From contig JACONM010000036.1 in NCBI GenBank assembly GCA_014323765.1, positions 97 to 64,096 on the forward strand: a stretch of 64,000 bases of DNA, written 5' to 3'. Each line of letters begins with the position of its first letter. Positions within the stretch are counted from its first letter, which is position 1. The position numbers and the translations under genes were made by a program. The stretch comes from Cellvibrionales bacterium. Lineage in GTDB: Bacteria > Pseudomonadota > Gammaproteobacteria > Pseudomonadales > GM7GCV1. The notes beneath the pieces were generated by a model. It was not told the DNA's origin. It worked only from the letters and a program-made list of their open reading frames with translations, and did no database searches. Shown here piece by piece: positions 31,776 to 42,182 of the stretch.

Positions 31776-32474
31776 ATGCCAACGCCCGCCGATGCCGCCT
31801 GTCCTGCGCTGGAATGCCGCGGGCTGCGGCGTGCCTATCAGCTTGGCCCGGAGCGGCTGGAGATTCTTAAGGGCGTGGATTTGACGGTGCGGGCCGGCGA
31901 GAGTATCGCGATTATGGGGGCTTCTGGGTCCGGTAAATCGACCCTGTTGCACCTGCTTGGGCTGCTGGATGTGGCGGACGCGGGGGAGATCTGTATTGCG
32001 GGGCGGACGTTGGAGGGGCTGAGTGAGGCGGCGCGGGCGACTCTGCGCAACCGGATGCTGGGGTTTGTCTTTCAATTTCACCATTTGCTGCCGGAATTCA
32101 GTGCTTTGGAAAATGTCAGCATGCCGCTTTGGTTGCGGGGGTTGGGCGGTCGGCAGGCACGGGTGCGGGCGGCGGCGGTGTTGGAACAGGTCGGCTTGGC
32201 GGAGCGGGCGGCGCATCGACCGGCGGAATTGTCCGGCGGTGAGCGGCAGCGGGTGGCGATTGCCCGCGCTTTGGCTGGGGAGCCGGCGTTGCTGCTGATG
32301 GACGAGCCGACTGGCAACCTGGACAAGGCCAATGCTTGGCGCATTTTGGAGCTGATCGAGCGGCTCAATCGGCAGGGTGGGGCGGCTTTGGTGTTGGTGA
32401 CTCACGATGCCGAGATTGCGGCGCGGATGGGGCGGCGGTTGGGTCTGCGCGATGGGCGCCTGCATCCGCTCTAA
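31776..32474 (+). CDS. lolD: Lipoprotein-releasing ABC transporter ATP-binding protein
   Basis: GASGSGKST, LSGGERQRVAIARAL, LLMDEPTGNLD. The start was chosen to give ~232 aa. Confidence 0.92.
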   Translation: MPTPADAACPALECRGLRRAYQLGPERLEILKGVDLTVRAGESIAIMGASGSGKSTLLHLLGLLDVADAGEICIAGRTLEGLSEAARATLRNRMLGFVFQFHHLLPEFSALENVSMPLWLRGLGGRQARVRAAAVLEQVGLAERAAHRPAELSGGERQRVAIARALAGEPALLLMDEPTGNLDKANAWRILELIERLNRQGGAALVLVTHDAEIAARMGRRLGLRDGRLHPL

Positions 32475-32524
32475 TGTCTTGATATTTTTGTGAATAATGG
32501 CGCGAATAGGGGTTTAGCGGCGCG

Positions 32525-33808
32525 ATGAATCTGGCGTTGGAATTCACTCTGGCGGTGCGTTATAGCCTGGGCCAGCAGCGTAGCCGGGGGGGTCGTTTTA
32601 TTACCATGCTGGCGGTGTTGGGGCTGGTGTTGGGCACGGCGTTGCTGATTGCGGTGTTTGCGGTGATGAACGGTTTTGAGCGGGAGATGCGCGAGCGTAT
32701 TTTGGCGTTGGTGCCGCATATTCGCCTTGAGGTTGCGGGGGCTGCGAGGGTCGGGCCGGGCGAGTTGGTGGCGGGGGACGGCGGCATTGGTGCCGAGTGG
32801 CGTGGGTGGATGCGGCAGATTAGTGCCCATCCGCAGGTTCGCTCAGTGAGCCCTTATCGCGAGCTTACGGTGCTGTATCGGCATCGTGGGCGGGTTGAGC
32901 CGGGGATATTGTTTGCGCTGGATTCTGAGCATGAAGCTGGGCAGCAAACCGCTTTTGCGCGGGCGGTTGGGGGGGAATTGCTGGCGCGTTTGCATCGGGC
33001 GCCGGGCGGTGGGGTGATCTTGGGGCGGGGGCTGGCGGAGCGGTTGGGGCTGGCGGTCGGCGAGCGGGTGCGGGTGTTGGTGTTTGGCGAAGGGCGGGGG
33101 GCGTTGCGGGGGGCGAGTTTTCCGATTTTGGGGCTGTTGCGCTCTGGCACCGAGCTGGACCAGAGTTTGGGGCTGGTTCATTTTGCCGGGTTGGCGGCGA
33201 TTCCACGGCAGGCGACTGGCCCGGCGGGGCTGCGGGTGCAGGTGGATGAGGTCTTCGCGGCGCGGGCGGTGGGGCGGGAATTGCGGGCGGGGTTGCCGGC
33301 GGGTTTTGCGCTGGAGACTTGGCAGCAGCGGTACGGCAATTTGTACGAGGCGATTGAGATGTCGCGCTCTTTGGTTAGCTTGATCGTGCTGTTGATCTTG
33401 GCCATCGCGGCGTTTAATTTGGTCGCTACCCTGATGATTGCGGCGGCGGACCGGCAGGGCGAGGTGGCGATGCTGAAAGCATTGGGGGCTGGGCCTGCGA
33501 GTCTGGCGCGGGTTTTTGCTCTGCAGGGGTTGTTGACTGGGCTGGCGGGTGGGGTGGCCGGCGGGGTTTTGGGGGTGATTTTGGCCCTCAATTTGCGCGA
33601 ACTGGCGGCGGCGGTGCAGGCGTGGGCTGGGGTGCAGCTGTTGGATTCTGCCGTCTATCCCATCGACTATTTGCCCGCCGATTTGCATTGGGGGCAGGCG
33701 GCGGCGATCGTGGGGGTTGCCGTGGTGTTGAGCGGGCTGGCGGCGCTTTATCCGGCGGGGCGGGTGGCGCGGTTGGCCCCGGCGCAGGTGTTGCGCTACG
33801 AATATTGA
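32525..33808 (+). CDS. lolE: Lipoprotein-releasing ABC transporter permease
   Basis: Paralogue of lolC, flanking lolD. Confidence 0.9.
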   Translation: MNLALEFTLAVRYSLGQQRSRGGRFITMLAVLGLVLGTALLIAVFAVMNGFEREMRERILALVPHIRLEVAGAARVGPGELVAGDGGIGAEWRGWMRQISAHPQVRSVSPYRELTVLYRHRGRVEPGILFALDSEHEAGQQTAFARAVGGELLARLHRAPGGGVILGRGLAERLGLAVGERVRVLVFGEGRGALRGASFPILGLLRSGTELDQSLGLVHFAGLAAIPRQATGPAGLRVQVDEVFAARAVGRELRAGLPAGFALETWQQRYGNLYEAIEMSRSLVSLIVLLILAIAAFNLVATLMIAAADRQGEVAMLKALGAGPASLARVFALQGLLTGLAGGVAGGVLGVILALNLRELAAAVQAWAGVQLLDSAVYPIDYLPADLHWGQAAAIVGVAVVLSGLAALYPAGRVARLAPAQVLRYEY

Positions 33809-33955
33809 GCGGCCGGTGTGCCGTTGCGCGTTTCCGTGTCCGTCTGCCCGCGGGGCCGGGATGGGTGAGCTGTGGCCCGTTGCGGTGTTCGGTGGGCGGG
33901 TTCAGGCAGCGGGGGTGGGTCGGGCAGCGATGGCGGCGGGCGGGAGAGGCGGGCG

Positions 33956-36292
33956 ATGAAGCAGAGCGCGATCTTGTTGGCTTTTGCGGTCGGCGTTTTT
34001 TGTCCCAATTTTTTCCCTGCGCTGCCGGATTTTGCCTATTTTCTTGGCGTTGGGATTCCGCTGGCGGTGGTGGCTGGCTGGCGGCGTTGGTTTTGGTTGC
34101 TGGGGTTGGTGGTGGGGTTGGGGGTTGGCCTGCACAGTGCGCAACAATTTGCCGATGGTCTGTGGCCGGAGCGGCTGAATGGCGCGGCGTATCGGATGGA
34201 AGGGCGGGTGGCCGGCGTGGTGCGACAGCGTGAGCGGAGTTGGCGGTTTGATTTTGTGCCGACGCGGATGGTTGCGCTGGATTCGACTGTGGCCGGGGCG
34301 GAACCGGGGTTGCCGCGGCGGGTGCGGTTGGCTTATTACGGGCACGATCGTGCGGATGGGTTGGCGGGGTTGCCGGTGGTGCAGCCGGGGCAGGAATTGG
34401 TATTGGTGGCTCGGTTGCGCCGTCCGCACGGGCTGATGAACCCGGGGCTGTTCGACTATCAGCGCTGGATGATTGGCAAGGGGTACGGTGCCGGCGGGTC
34501 GGTTCGAAAATTGGAGCGGGTGGGGAAGCTTGGCGGCGGGATTCAGGGGCGCATTGACCGCTGGCGAGCCGGGTTGGCGGAGCGGTTATACGGGGCCGAT
34601 GTGCCGCGGGCGTCCATGCAGGCGGCCCTGTTGGTGGGGGTGTTGGCGGGGCTGGATGAGCAGACCCGCGAGGTGTTTGTCGCCACCGGCACTGTGCATT
34701 TGTTGGTGATTTCCGGCTTGCATGTCGGCTTGATTGCGCTGCTTGGTTGGGTGGCCGGGCGTTGGTTGCTGTCGTTGGTCTCGCCAGTTAGCGGACTCAA
34801 TGCGGTGCGCTGGGCCAATTTTGCGGCCTTGGCATTGGCGGGGGCCTATGCGGCGGCGGGGGGGTTTTCCTTGCCGACCTTGCGTGCTCTGCTCATGCTG
34901 GCGGCGGTGTTGTTGCCGCGGCTGTTTTTTCTGCGGGTCTGGCCTTGGTGGAGTTTTTGTTTGGCGTTGGCGGCGGTGGCGCTGTTTGAGCCGCGGGCGG
35001 TGTTGACTCAGGGTTTCTGGCTTTCTTTTGGGGCGGTGGCGGTGATCTTTCTGGGGCTGACGGGTCGCGCCGTGCAAAATCATGGCTGGGTGGTGGCGCT
35101 GGTGCGCACGCAGATGCTGTTTTTGTTTGGCTTTGCCGCTATGTTGGCGTTGTTTCAGGGCAGTTTTAACCCGCTGAGTTTCGTGGCCAATTTGTTTGCC
35201 GTGCCGCTGACTACTTTGGTGGTTGTGCCGCTGGAATTTTTTGGGCTGCTGGTCTTTGCGGTGTATGAGCAGGCGGGTTTGGGAGTCTGGCGGTTGGTCG
35301 GCAGGCTGTTGGATTTTGAGGTGTGGGTGTTGGCCTGGTTGGCGCAGCAGCGGGCGTTGGAATTGGTTATGGCGGCGGTGCCGACTTGGGTCGCGCTGGT
35401 TTCGGTCACCGCTGGGTTTGTTTTGATCAGCCCCGTCCGGCTATGGATGCGGGCGGTCGCCGCGCTCTTGGTGTTGCCGCTGTTTATTAGCCCGGGGCGG
35501 GGCGATTATCTGTTGGAGGTGCGGGTGTTTGATGTCGGCCAGGGGCTGGCAGTGCTGGTGCGGCAGCCGGGCTACAGCATGCTGTACGACACCGGGCCGC
35601 GGTTTAGCGAGCAGTTTGATGCCGGGGCGGATATCCTCGCGCCTAGCCTGCGGCGGCTACGGGTGCGGGCTATCGATGACCTGATTATTAGCCACCCGGA
35701 CATTGACCATGCTGGTGGTTTTGCGGGGCTGCTTCGGCGGATTGAGGTGCGGCGGTTGTGGGCGGGGCGCATCGACTCCGCTTGGGCCGAGCACGGGCCG
35801 CGCCCCTGTCACGCTGGCGTTAGTTGGCGGCAAGGCGCGGTCCGCTATGCCTTTTTGCACCCGCGCATGGTGGACCCGGGCGAGCGGCGGCAGCCGGACA
35901 ACGAGAGATCCTGTGTGCTGAGCATCCGCTTTGGCGACCAGCATCTGCTGATCCCGGGCGACATCAGCCATACTGTGGAACGCGACTTGGTGGCGCAATT
36001 TGGGCGCGATCTGCGGGCTACGCTGGTCTTGGTGCCGCACCACGGCAGCCGTTTTTCATCGACCGCGCCTTTTGTGCGCGCCACTGCGCCGGAGTACGCC
36101 ATCGCCAGTGCTGGCTATTTCAATCAGTTCGGTCATCCGCACCCGCAAGTGGTGGCCCGCTACCGTAATCAGGGGGCGCAGTTTTACCGCACAGATCAAC
36201 ATGGCATGGTCCGCCTGCGCTGGGCGCAAGATGCCGAGCTAGAGGGAATTTTTACCGAAGATTCCCGCCGGGTTTTTTGGTGGCAGAGGTGA
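33956..36292 (+). CDS. comEC: DNA internalization-related competence protein ComEC/Rec2
   Basis: Polytopic competence domain plus a C-terminal metallo-beta-lactamase domain (ISHPDIDHAGG, VPHHGS). Confidence 0.92.
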   Translation: MKQSAILLAFAVGVFCPNFFPALPDFAYFLGVGIPLAVVAGWRRWFWLLGLVVGLGVGLHSAQQFADGLWPERLNGAAYRMEGRVAGVVRQRERSWRFDFVPTRMVALDSTVAGAEPGLPRRVRLAYYGHDRADGLAGLPVVQPGQELVLVARLRRPHGLMNPGLFDYQRWMIGKGYGAGGSVRKLERVGKLGGGIQGRIDRWRAGLAERLYGADVPRASMQAALLVGVLAGLDEQTREVFVATGTVHLLVISGLHVGLIALLGWVAGRWLLSLVSPVSGLNAVRWANFAALALAGAYAAAGGFSLPTLRALLMLAAVLLPRLFFLRVWPWWSFCLALAAVALFEPRAVLTQGFWLSFGAVAVIFLGLTGRAVQNHGWVVALVRTQMLFLFGFAAMLALFQGSFNPLSFVANLFAVPLTTLVVVPLEFFGLLVFAVYEQAGLGVWRLVGRLLDFEVWVLAWLAQQRALELVMAAVPTWVALVSVTAGFVLISPVRLWMRAVAALLVLPLFISPGRGDYLLEVRVFDVGQGLAVLVRQPGYSMLYDTGPRFSEQFDAGADILAPSLRRLRVRAIDDLIISHPDIDHAGGFAGLLRRIEVRRLWAGRIDSAWAEHGPRPCHAGVSWRQGAVRYAFLHPRMVDPGERRQPDNERSCVLSIRFGDQHLLIPGDISHTVERDLVAQFGRDLRATLVLVPHHGSRFSSTAPFVRATAPEYAIASAGYFNQFGHPHPQVVARYRNQGAQFYRTDQHGMVRLRWAQDAELEGIFTEDSRRVFWWQR

Positions 36293-36414
36293 GGGTGATG
36301 CATAGCCCGGTTGCTCCGTATTTTGTCTTGCGCTGTCCAGGGCTTGCCATGAAATTTGGTGCGCATTGCGGTACCCTCACAGGTTTCTAACTGGTATGAA
36401 GAGAGGCGCGAACC

Positions 36415-37155
36415 GTGTATGACCTAGTGGTGGCCGGGGGCTGGTTGATGCTGCCGATTTTGCTTTGTTCGCTGGTGTCGGTCGCCATTGTTATCGAGCG
36501 GTTTTGGTCGCTGAACCGCCGTAAAATCCTGCCCGCCGGGCTGCTCAAAAACGCTTGGGAGATGCACCAAGCCGGCCCGCTCAGCCCGGAACGCATTGCC
36601 GCGTTGCGCAATCAGAGCCCGCTCGGCGAGGTCTTTGCGGCGGGGCTTGTCAACCAAGCGCACGGGCGCGAGACCATGAAAGATGCCATGGAAGAAGCCG
36701 GCAGCAAGGTCGTCCACGACATGGAATGCTTCCTGCCAGCACTCGGCACCATCGCGGCGGTCGCACCCTTGCTGGGTTTGCTCGGCACCGTGCTCGGCAT
36801 GATCGAAGTATTTAGCGAGATCATGCTGAGCGGCACCGGCGACACCGCTCGCCTCGCGGGGGGCATTTCCACTGCGCTGATCACTACCGCCGCCGGATTA
36901 GTGGTGGCGATTCCCTCCATGATTTTTCACCGCTACTTTGAACGCCAAGTCGACGACCTAGCCGCCCATTTGCAACACCAAAGCTCGCGCCTGCTCGATG
37001 CCCTGTTCAGTGGCAAGGCATTGCATGAGAGCCTCGATGCGCCCGATGCAGAAGTCGAAGCAGAGACCGATTCTGCCCCCTCCGACATCAATGACACGGA
37101 GACCGACCCGGCGGCGGCACCAGTGCTGGCCACCCCCGCGGCGGACCGCCGGTGA
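36415..37155 (+). CDS. exbB: MotA/TolQ/ExbB proton-channel family protein
   Basis: Three TM helices, LGLLGTVLGMI and TALITTAAGL motifs. GTG start. Confidence 0.9.
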   Translation: MYDLVVAGGWLMLPILLCSLVSVAIVIERFWSLNRRKILPAGLLKNAWEMHQAGPLSPERIAALRNQSPLGEVFAAGLVNQAHGRETMKDAMEEAGSKVVHDMECFLPALGTIAAVAPLLGLLGTVLGMIEVFSEIMLSGTGDTARLAGGISTALITTAAGLVVAIPSMIFHRYFERQVDDLAAHLQHQSSRLLDALFSGKALHESLDAPDAEVEAETDSAPSDINDTETDPAAAPVLATPAADRR

Positions 37156-37574
37156 GGTTCCGCCAACGCCGCCGCGAGGCCCTGCCGGTCAATTTGACCC
37201 CACTGATCGATGTGGTCTTTCTGCTATTGATTTTCTTTATGGTATCGACCAGCTTCAGCCGCGAAAACCAATTACAGATAAACCTGCCGACCAGCAGCAC
37301 CGAAGCCGCCCCCGCCCCCGCACCGGGCCTGTCGCTGAGCATCCACCAAGACGGCAGCTACGCGCTCAACGGGCGGGTGCTGAGTAATGCCCGCCCGCAA
37401 ACCCTGCTCAAGGCGTTGCGGCAGGAAGCGGGCGGCGACCTAGAACAACCGCTGCTGATCATCGCCGACTCGGAAGCCCGCCATCAGGCGGTGGTCAGTG
37501 CCCTCGATGCCGCCGCGCAGCTGGGGTTGGGGCAGGTCCGCCTAGCGACCCAAACCCCGCCCGCACCCCCGTAG
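37152..37574 (+). CDS. exbD: ExbD/TolR biopolymer transport protein
   Basis: NLTPLIDVVFLLLIFFM anchor. 4-nt overlap with exbB. Confidence 0.9.
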   Translation: MRFRQRRREALPVNLTPLIDVVFLLLIFFMVSTSFSRENQLQINLPTSSTEAAPAPAPGLSLSIHQDGSYALNGRVLSNARPQTLLKALRQEAGGDLEQPLLIIADSEARHQAVVSALDAAAQLGLGQVRLATQTPPAPP

Positions 37575-37580
37575 CGGTCC

Positions 37581-38693
37581 ATGCGCTGGTCGCAATGCAT
37601 CGCCGCCGCTTGGTATGGCGACCGGACTTGGATCCGTGCCCTCTGGCCGCTAACACTCGCCTATCGAGGTGCCCTGCGCCAACATCGCCGCCGCGGGCAA
37701 GTGCAGGCCCAGGCGCAGATCAAGCGGCACGGTCGCCTAGCCGCGCCCGTGGTGGTGATCGGCAACATCACCGCCGGTGGCACCGGCAAAACACCGCTAC
37801 TGCTGCATCTGGCCGCCCGCTTGCGGTCCGCTGGCATTCGCGTGGGGGCCATAGCGCGTGGCTACGGCGGTCGCGCACGGCATTATCCGCATCGGGTTTG
37901 CGCAGCCGACTCCCCGCAAACAGTCGGCGACGAGCCGCTCTTAATCGCCCAATATGGTCTGCCGATAGTGATCGACCCCGATCGCTACGCGGCGGCGAAA
38001 CATCTGTTGTGCCAGACATCTGTGGACCTCATCCTCAGCGATGACGGCCTGCAACACCACGCCCTGCCCCGCGCTCTGGAAATCCTAGTGGTGGACGGCC
38101 AGCGTCAGTTCGGCAATGGCATGCTGCTACCGGCCGGCCCACTGCGCGAGCCACTGGCACGCCTGCATCAGGTGGATTTTTGCCTGCTGAACGGGGCTCC
38201 CGATAATGATGATTCTGGCGATAATTCTGGTGCTGGCGATGAAAACGATAACCCCCTACACCCAGAATTAGCCCGCGCCCTAGATGGCCACTTCCATCTA
38301 CAGCCGCGCCACTGGCTACAGCTGGCACCCAATACCCAGATCGCAATCGATGCCCTGCCCGCCGCCCGCACCGTGCATGCCATCGCCGCCATCGGCAACC
38401 CGCAGCGGTTTTTCGCCACCCTCGCCAGTCTAGGATTGCGCCCCCACCACTGCCACCCGCTCGCCGACCACGCCCCCATCTCGGCGGAACACCTGCGCCG
38501 CCTAGGGGCAAACGACCCGGCCACCCAAATCCTAATGACCACCAAAGATGCCGTAAAATGCCGCCAAACCATCGCCGCGCATGACTGGCGCAACTGCTGG
38601 GCACTGGAGGTCGGCGTGACCATGCAGGCAGAGCTAGAAAACCGCCTACTGGCCGCCATCAAGGCAACCTTGACCACCCGCCGCGGCACTTGA
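37581..38693 (+). CDS. lpxK: Tetraacyldisaccharide 4'-kinase
   Basis: GNITAGGTGKTP P-loop. Contains an acidic Asp/Asn/Gly-rich insertion (PDNDDSGDNSGAGDENDN). Confidence 0.92.
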   Translation: MRWSQCIAAAWYGDRTWIRALWPLTLAYRGALRQHRRRGQVQAQAQIKRHGRLAAPVVVIGNITAGGTGKTPLLLHLAARLRSAGIRVGAIARGYGGRARHYPHRVCAADSPQTVGDEPLLIAQYGLPIVIDPDRYAAAKHLLCQTSVDLILSDDGLQHHALPRALEILVVDGQRQFGNGMLLPAGPLREPLARLHQVDFCLLNGAPDNDDSGDNSGAGDENDNPLHPELARALDGHFHLQPRHWLQLAPNTQIAIDALPAARTVHAIAAIGNPQRFFATLASLGLRPHHCHPLADHAPISAEHLRRLGANDPATQILMTTKDAVKCRQTIAAHDWRNCWALEVGVTMQAELENRLLAAIKATLTTRRGT

Positions 38694-38740
38694 CCGCCCG
38701 CCTAGCCCACCACCACCGCCCCACCGCAAACCCAAAACCC

Positions 38741-39556
38741 ATGAACTTTCGCGTCATTATCCCCGCCCGCCGCGGCTCCACCCGCCTAGCGCACAAACCC
38801 CTCGCCGATATTGCCGGCCAGCCCATGATCTGGCGCACTGTCCAACGCGCCCGCCAATCGACCGCCACCGAAGTCCTAGTCGCCACCGACTGCCCCGAAA
38901 TCCACCGCGTGGTAACCGCAGCCGGCGGCGTAGCTCTGATGACCTCCAGCAAACACCGCTCCGGCACCGACCGCCTAGCCGAAGTAGCCGACCTCAAAAA
39001 CCTAGACGACCACGCCATTCTGGTGAATCTGCAAGGCGACGAGCCCCTAATGCCGCCGCCACTCATCGACCAAGTCGCCCAAGCCCTACACCGCAACCCA
39101 CACTGCGACTGCGCCACCCTCTGCACCCCAATCCGCACCAAGGGCACTTTCTTCGACCCCGCGGCGGTAAAAGTAACCCGCACCGAATCCGCCGAAGCCC
39201 TCTATTTCAGCCGCGCCCCCATCCCCTTCCCCCGCGACCAAATGCCACAGCTAACCACCCTAGCCGACGATGCCCCCCTGCCGCCGGGCCTAACCGCCTA
39301 CCGGCACATCGGCCTCTACGCCTACCGCGTGGCCCTGCTGCGCCGCTTCACCGCCTGGCCGCCAGCGACATCTGAACGCACCGAATCGCTAGAACAGCTA
39401 CGCATCCTAGCCCACGGCGGGCGCATCCATGTGGCGCAAGCCGCACTGCCAGCACCCGCCGGGGTGGACACGGCAGAAGACCTAGAACGCATCCGCCGCC
39501 TATTCACCAGCGGTCAAGCCGCCACCGCTCAGGCCGCCAACCCAGCAAATCAATAA
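38741..39556 (+). CDS. kdsB: 3-deoxy-manno-octulosonate cytidylyltransferase
   Basis: MNFRVIIPARRGSTRLAHKPL... and VNLQGDEP motif. Confidence 0.93.
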   Translation: MNFRVIIPARRGSTRLAHKPLADIAGQPMIWRTVQRARQSTATEVLVATDCPEIHRVVTAAGGVALMTSSKHRSGTDRLAEVADLKNLDDHAILVNLQGDEPLMPPPLIDQVAQALHRNPHCDCATLCTPIRTKGTFFDPAAVKVTRTESAEALYFSRAPIPFPRDQMPQLTTLADDAPLPPGLTAYRHIGLYAYRVALLRRFTAWPPATSERTESLEQLRILAHGGRIHVAQAALPAPAGVDTAEDLERIRRLFTSGQAATAQAANPANQ

Positions 39557-39572
39557 CTCAACAGATCGACCC

Positions 39573-40121
39573 ATGCCGCAAAATCAGCAAAACCAGCAAA
39601 TCCCCCACCGGCCGGACGCCCCACCAAAAACCGCCGTCCTATTCGTCTGCCTCGGCAACATCTGCCGCTCGCCCACCGCGCACGGGGTATTCACCCAACA
39701 GGTCGCCGCCGCGGGCCTAAGCCACGCCATCCGAACAGACTCCGCCGGCACTGGCGACTGGCACCTCGGCGAACCGCCAGACCGCCGCACCCAACACCAC
39801 GCCCAGCAGCGCAACATCGACCTATCCGCCCTGCGCGCCCGCCAAGTCCGCCCCGCCGACTTCCGCGAATTCGATTACATCCTCGCCATGGACCGCCAAA
39901 ACCTGCGCGACCTGCAAGCCATGCGCCCGCCCACCTACGCCGGCACCCTCGCCCTCTTTCTCGACTATCTAAACCCCGAAAACGCCGGCAAAAAACCAAA
40001 ACACCAGCGCGAAGTGCCCGACCCCTACTACGGCGGCGCAGACGGCTTCGAGCAAGTGCTAGACCTAGTCGAGCAGGCCGCCCGCAACCTACTCCGCGAA
40101 ATCGCCGCCCAACTACGCTGA
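39573..40121 (+). CDS. Low-molecular-weight protein-tyrosine phosphatase
   Basis: VLFVCLGNICRSP CX5R(S) motif and DPYY. Confidence 0.92.
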   Translation: MPQNQQNQQIPHRPDAPPKTAVLFVCLGNICRSPTAHGVFTQQVAAAGLSHAIRTDSAGTGDWHLGEPPDRRTQHHAQQRNIDLSALRARQVRPADFREFDYILAMDRQNLRDLQAMRPPTYAGTLALFLDYLNPENAGKKPKHQREVPDPYYGGADGFEQVLDLVEQAARNLLREIAAQLR

Positions 40122-40136
40122 CAGTGCCCGCCCACC

Positions 40137-41162
40137 ATGCCCCTCCACTACCAACCCAACCACCCCCTCCTAGCGCACAACAGCCTAGGCATACCGGCCC
40201 GCTGCCACACCTACGTCGAAGCGCACACCCCAACCCAGATACGCGCAGCATGCGCCCACGCCCACACCCAAAACCTGCCCATTTTCGTGCTCGGCGACGG
40301 CACCAACCTCGTCATCGCCGCCGACTACCCCGGCCTAGTACTCCGCCCCCGCATCGGCGGCATCGAGAGACTGGCAGAAACGGCAAACACCGTCGATCTT
40401 GCCATCGGAGCCGGCGAAAACTGGCATAAATTCGTGCGCTGGACTCTCGAACAGAATCTCCACGGGCTGGAAAACCTAGCCCTAATCCCCGGCAGCTGCG
40501 GCGCCGCCCCAGTGCAAAATATCGGCGCCTACGGGGTGGAACTCGCCCCACGAGTGCGCTGGGTGGAATATATCGAGATCGCTTCCGGCCAAACCACGCG
40601 CCGCCCCGCCGCCGACTGCCAATTCAGCTACCGCGACAGCCTCTTCAAAGGCGACCTAGCAGGCAAAGTCGCCATCACCCGCCTCGCCCTGCGCCTGCAA
40701 AAACGCTTCCAACCGCAAACCCACTACCCAGCCCTAGCCGAATTCCTAGCCGACCTACCCACGCCACCCTCCGCCCGCCAAGTTTTCCAAGCCGTCTGCA
40801 CGATCCGCCGCCGCAAACTCCCCGATCCGGCCACAACCCCCAACGCCGGCAGCTTCTTCCAAAACCCGCAGATCCTCCGCCCCCACTACGACCAACTACG
40901 CCAACACCACCCCGACCTCCCCGGCTTCCCGCAAACGGACGGCACGATAAAAATCCCCGCCGCCTGGCTCATCGACCAACTCGGCTGGAAAGGCCGCCAG
41001 CAAAACGGCATCGGCATCCACGCCCGCCACGCCCTCATCCTCACCAACCCCGGCCACCGCCGCGGCCCCCAAGTGCTGGAATTCGCCGCGCAGATCGCCG
41101 CCGCCGTCCGCACCGCCTACGGCATCGACCTAAAAATAGAACCCCACATCCTCACCGCCTAA
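40137..41162 (+). CDS. murB: UDP-N-acetylenolpyruvoylglucosamine reductase
   Basis: FAD-binding PCMH domain and NAGSFFQNP motif. 341 aa. Confidence 0.93.
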   Translation: MPLHYQPNHPLLAHNSLGIPARCHTYVEAHTPTQIRAACAHAHTQNLPIFVLGDGTNLVIAADYPGLVLRPRIGGIERLAETANTVDLAIGAGENWHKFVRWTLEQNLHGLENLALIPGSCGAAPVQNIGAYGVELAPRVRWVEYIEIASGQTTRRPAADCQFSYRDSLFKGDLAGKVAITRLALRLQKRFQPQTHYPALAEFLADLPTPPSARQVFQAVCTIRRRKLPDPATTPNAGSFFQNPQILRPHYDQLRQHHPDLPGFPQTDGTIKIPAAWLIDQLGWKGRQQNGIGIHARHALILTNPGHRRGPQVLEFAAQIAAAVRTAYGIDLKIEPHILTA

Positions 41163-41212
41163 ACCCCCCACCGCCGCCCCGCAAAAAAACCAGTTGAAAT
41201 GAAGATGAAAAG

Positions 41213-41225
41213 CATTATCATTCCC
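41213..41225. promoter_or_regulatory. Fur-box-like element upstream of bfd
   Basis: CATTATCATTCCC lies within GATGAAAAGCATTATCATT, ~45 nt upstream of the bfd ATG. The same 13-mer recurs upstream of bfr. Confidence 0.45.
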
Positions 41226-41267
41226 ACCTCTCCACCGCATGCCCGCATGCCACCGCCCCGCCCGCCC

Positions 41268-41462
41268 ATGATCGTCTGCATCTGCCACAACATCAACGCC
41301 GCCCAAATCGCCGAACTGGCCGAGCGGCACCCCTGCACCCTCGAAGAAGTCATCGACTGCACCGGCGCCGGCACCTGCTGCGGCAAGTGCCAATGGCGCA
41401 TCCAAGCCGCCTTACAAGAGCCGCCCCCCGCCGAGTTTTACGAAGCCACCGCCTGCGCCTAA
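41268..41462 (+). CDS. bfd: Bacterioferritin-associated ferredoxin
   Basis: 64 aa from MIVCICHNI... with the C-x-C...C-x-x-C [2Fe-2S] pattern (CICH...CCGKC). Confidence 0.88.
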   Translation: MIVCICHNINAAQIAELAERHPCTLEEVIDCTGAGTCCGKCQWRIQAALQEPPPAEFYEATACA

Positions 41463-41587
41463 TCTCCAATCGCCGCCGACATCCCCCCGCGCCACCCACC
41501 AAAAATCCACCCGCCCACCAAATCCGCCCCTCACCCCTTAACTTAAACGCCCCACCCCCCAACGCAAACAAAAGCCTTTCTCATTCC

Positions 41588-41606
41588 AATTATCATTATC
41601 ATTCCC
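41588..41606. promoter_or_regulatory. Fur box upstream of bfr
   Basis: AATTATCATTATCATTCCC. The reverse complement contains GATAATGATAAT, the first 12 nt of the GATAATGATAATCATTATC consensus. Confidence 0.55.
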
Positions 41607-41693
41607 TTTTAATATCAATAACTTAGGCTTGCACCGCGCCCCCAACAAGGGCATACTCCCCACCCGCAACCGCAACCACCGCCGGAGCCCACC

Positions 41694-42182
41694 ATGAAAG
41701 GGAACGCCAAAATCATCGAGCACCTCAACAAAGTGCTCGGCAACGAGCTCATCGCCATCAACCAGTACTTCCTCCATGCGCGCATGTACAAAGACTGGGG
41801 CATGCAAAACATCGCCGACTACGAATACCGCGAATCGATCGAGGAAATGCAGCACGCCGACCAGCTGATCGAACGCATCCTGTTCCTCGAAGGGCTACCC
41901 AACCTCCAAGACCTCGGCACCCTCCGCATCGGCGAAAACACCGAAGAAATGCTCCGCTGCGACCTCGCCCTAGAAATGGACGCCATCCCCGACCTCCGCA
42001 CCGGCATCGCCCACTGCGAACAACAGCAAGACTTCGTCAGCCGCGACCTGCTACAGCAGATCCTAGAGGCAGAAGAAGAACACGTCGACTGGCTAGAAAC
42101 CCAACTCGGCCTAATCACCAAAATGGGCCTAGAAAACTACACCCAAGCCCAGATTGTCAAAAAAGCAGAAAAGGCCGACTAA
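41694..42182 (+). CDS. bfr: Bacterioferritin
   Basis: [31 protein letters not shown]... is a full-length Bfr pattern with ferroxidase ligands. Confidence 0.95.
   Translation: MKGNAKIIEHLNKVLGNELIAINQYFLHARMYKDWGMQNIADYEYRESIEEMQHADQLIERILFLEGLPNLQDLGTLRIGENTEEMLRCDLALEMDAIPDLRTGIAHCEQQQDFVSRDLLQQILEAEEEHVDWLETQLGLITKMGLENYTQAQIVKKAEKAD

Noticed and set aside
36293-36500. Replication terminus (dif) or origin as the explanation for the skew sign changes at ~36.4 and ~45.1 kb
   Set aside because: I saw no XerCD dif-like core (CATAATGTATATTATG) and no DnaA-box cluster at either boundary. Both ter and ori lying 9 kb apart is implausible.
38200-38270. Asp/Asn/Gly-rich insertion in LpxK as a repeat or hypervariable cassette
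   Set aside because: It is a short, in-frame, low-complexity loop with no nucleotide-level tandem repeat. It is probably a tolerated surface insertion.
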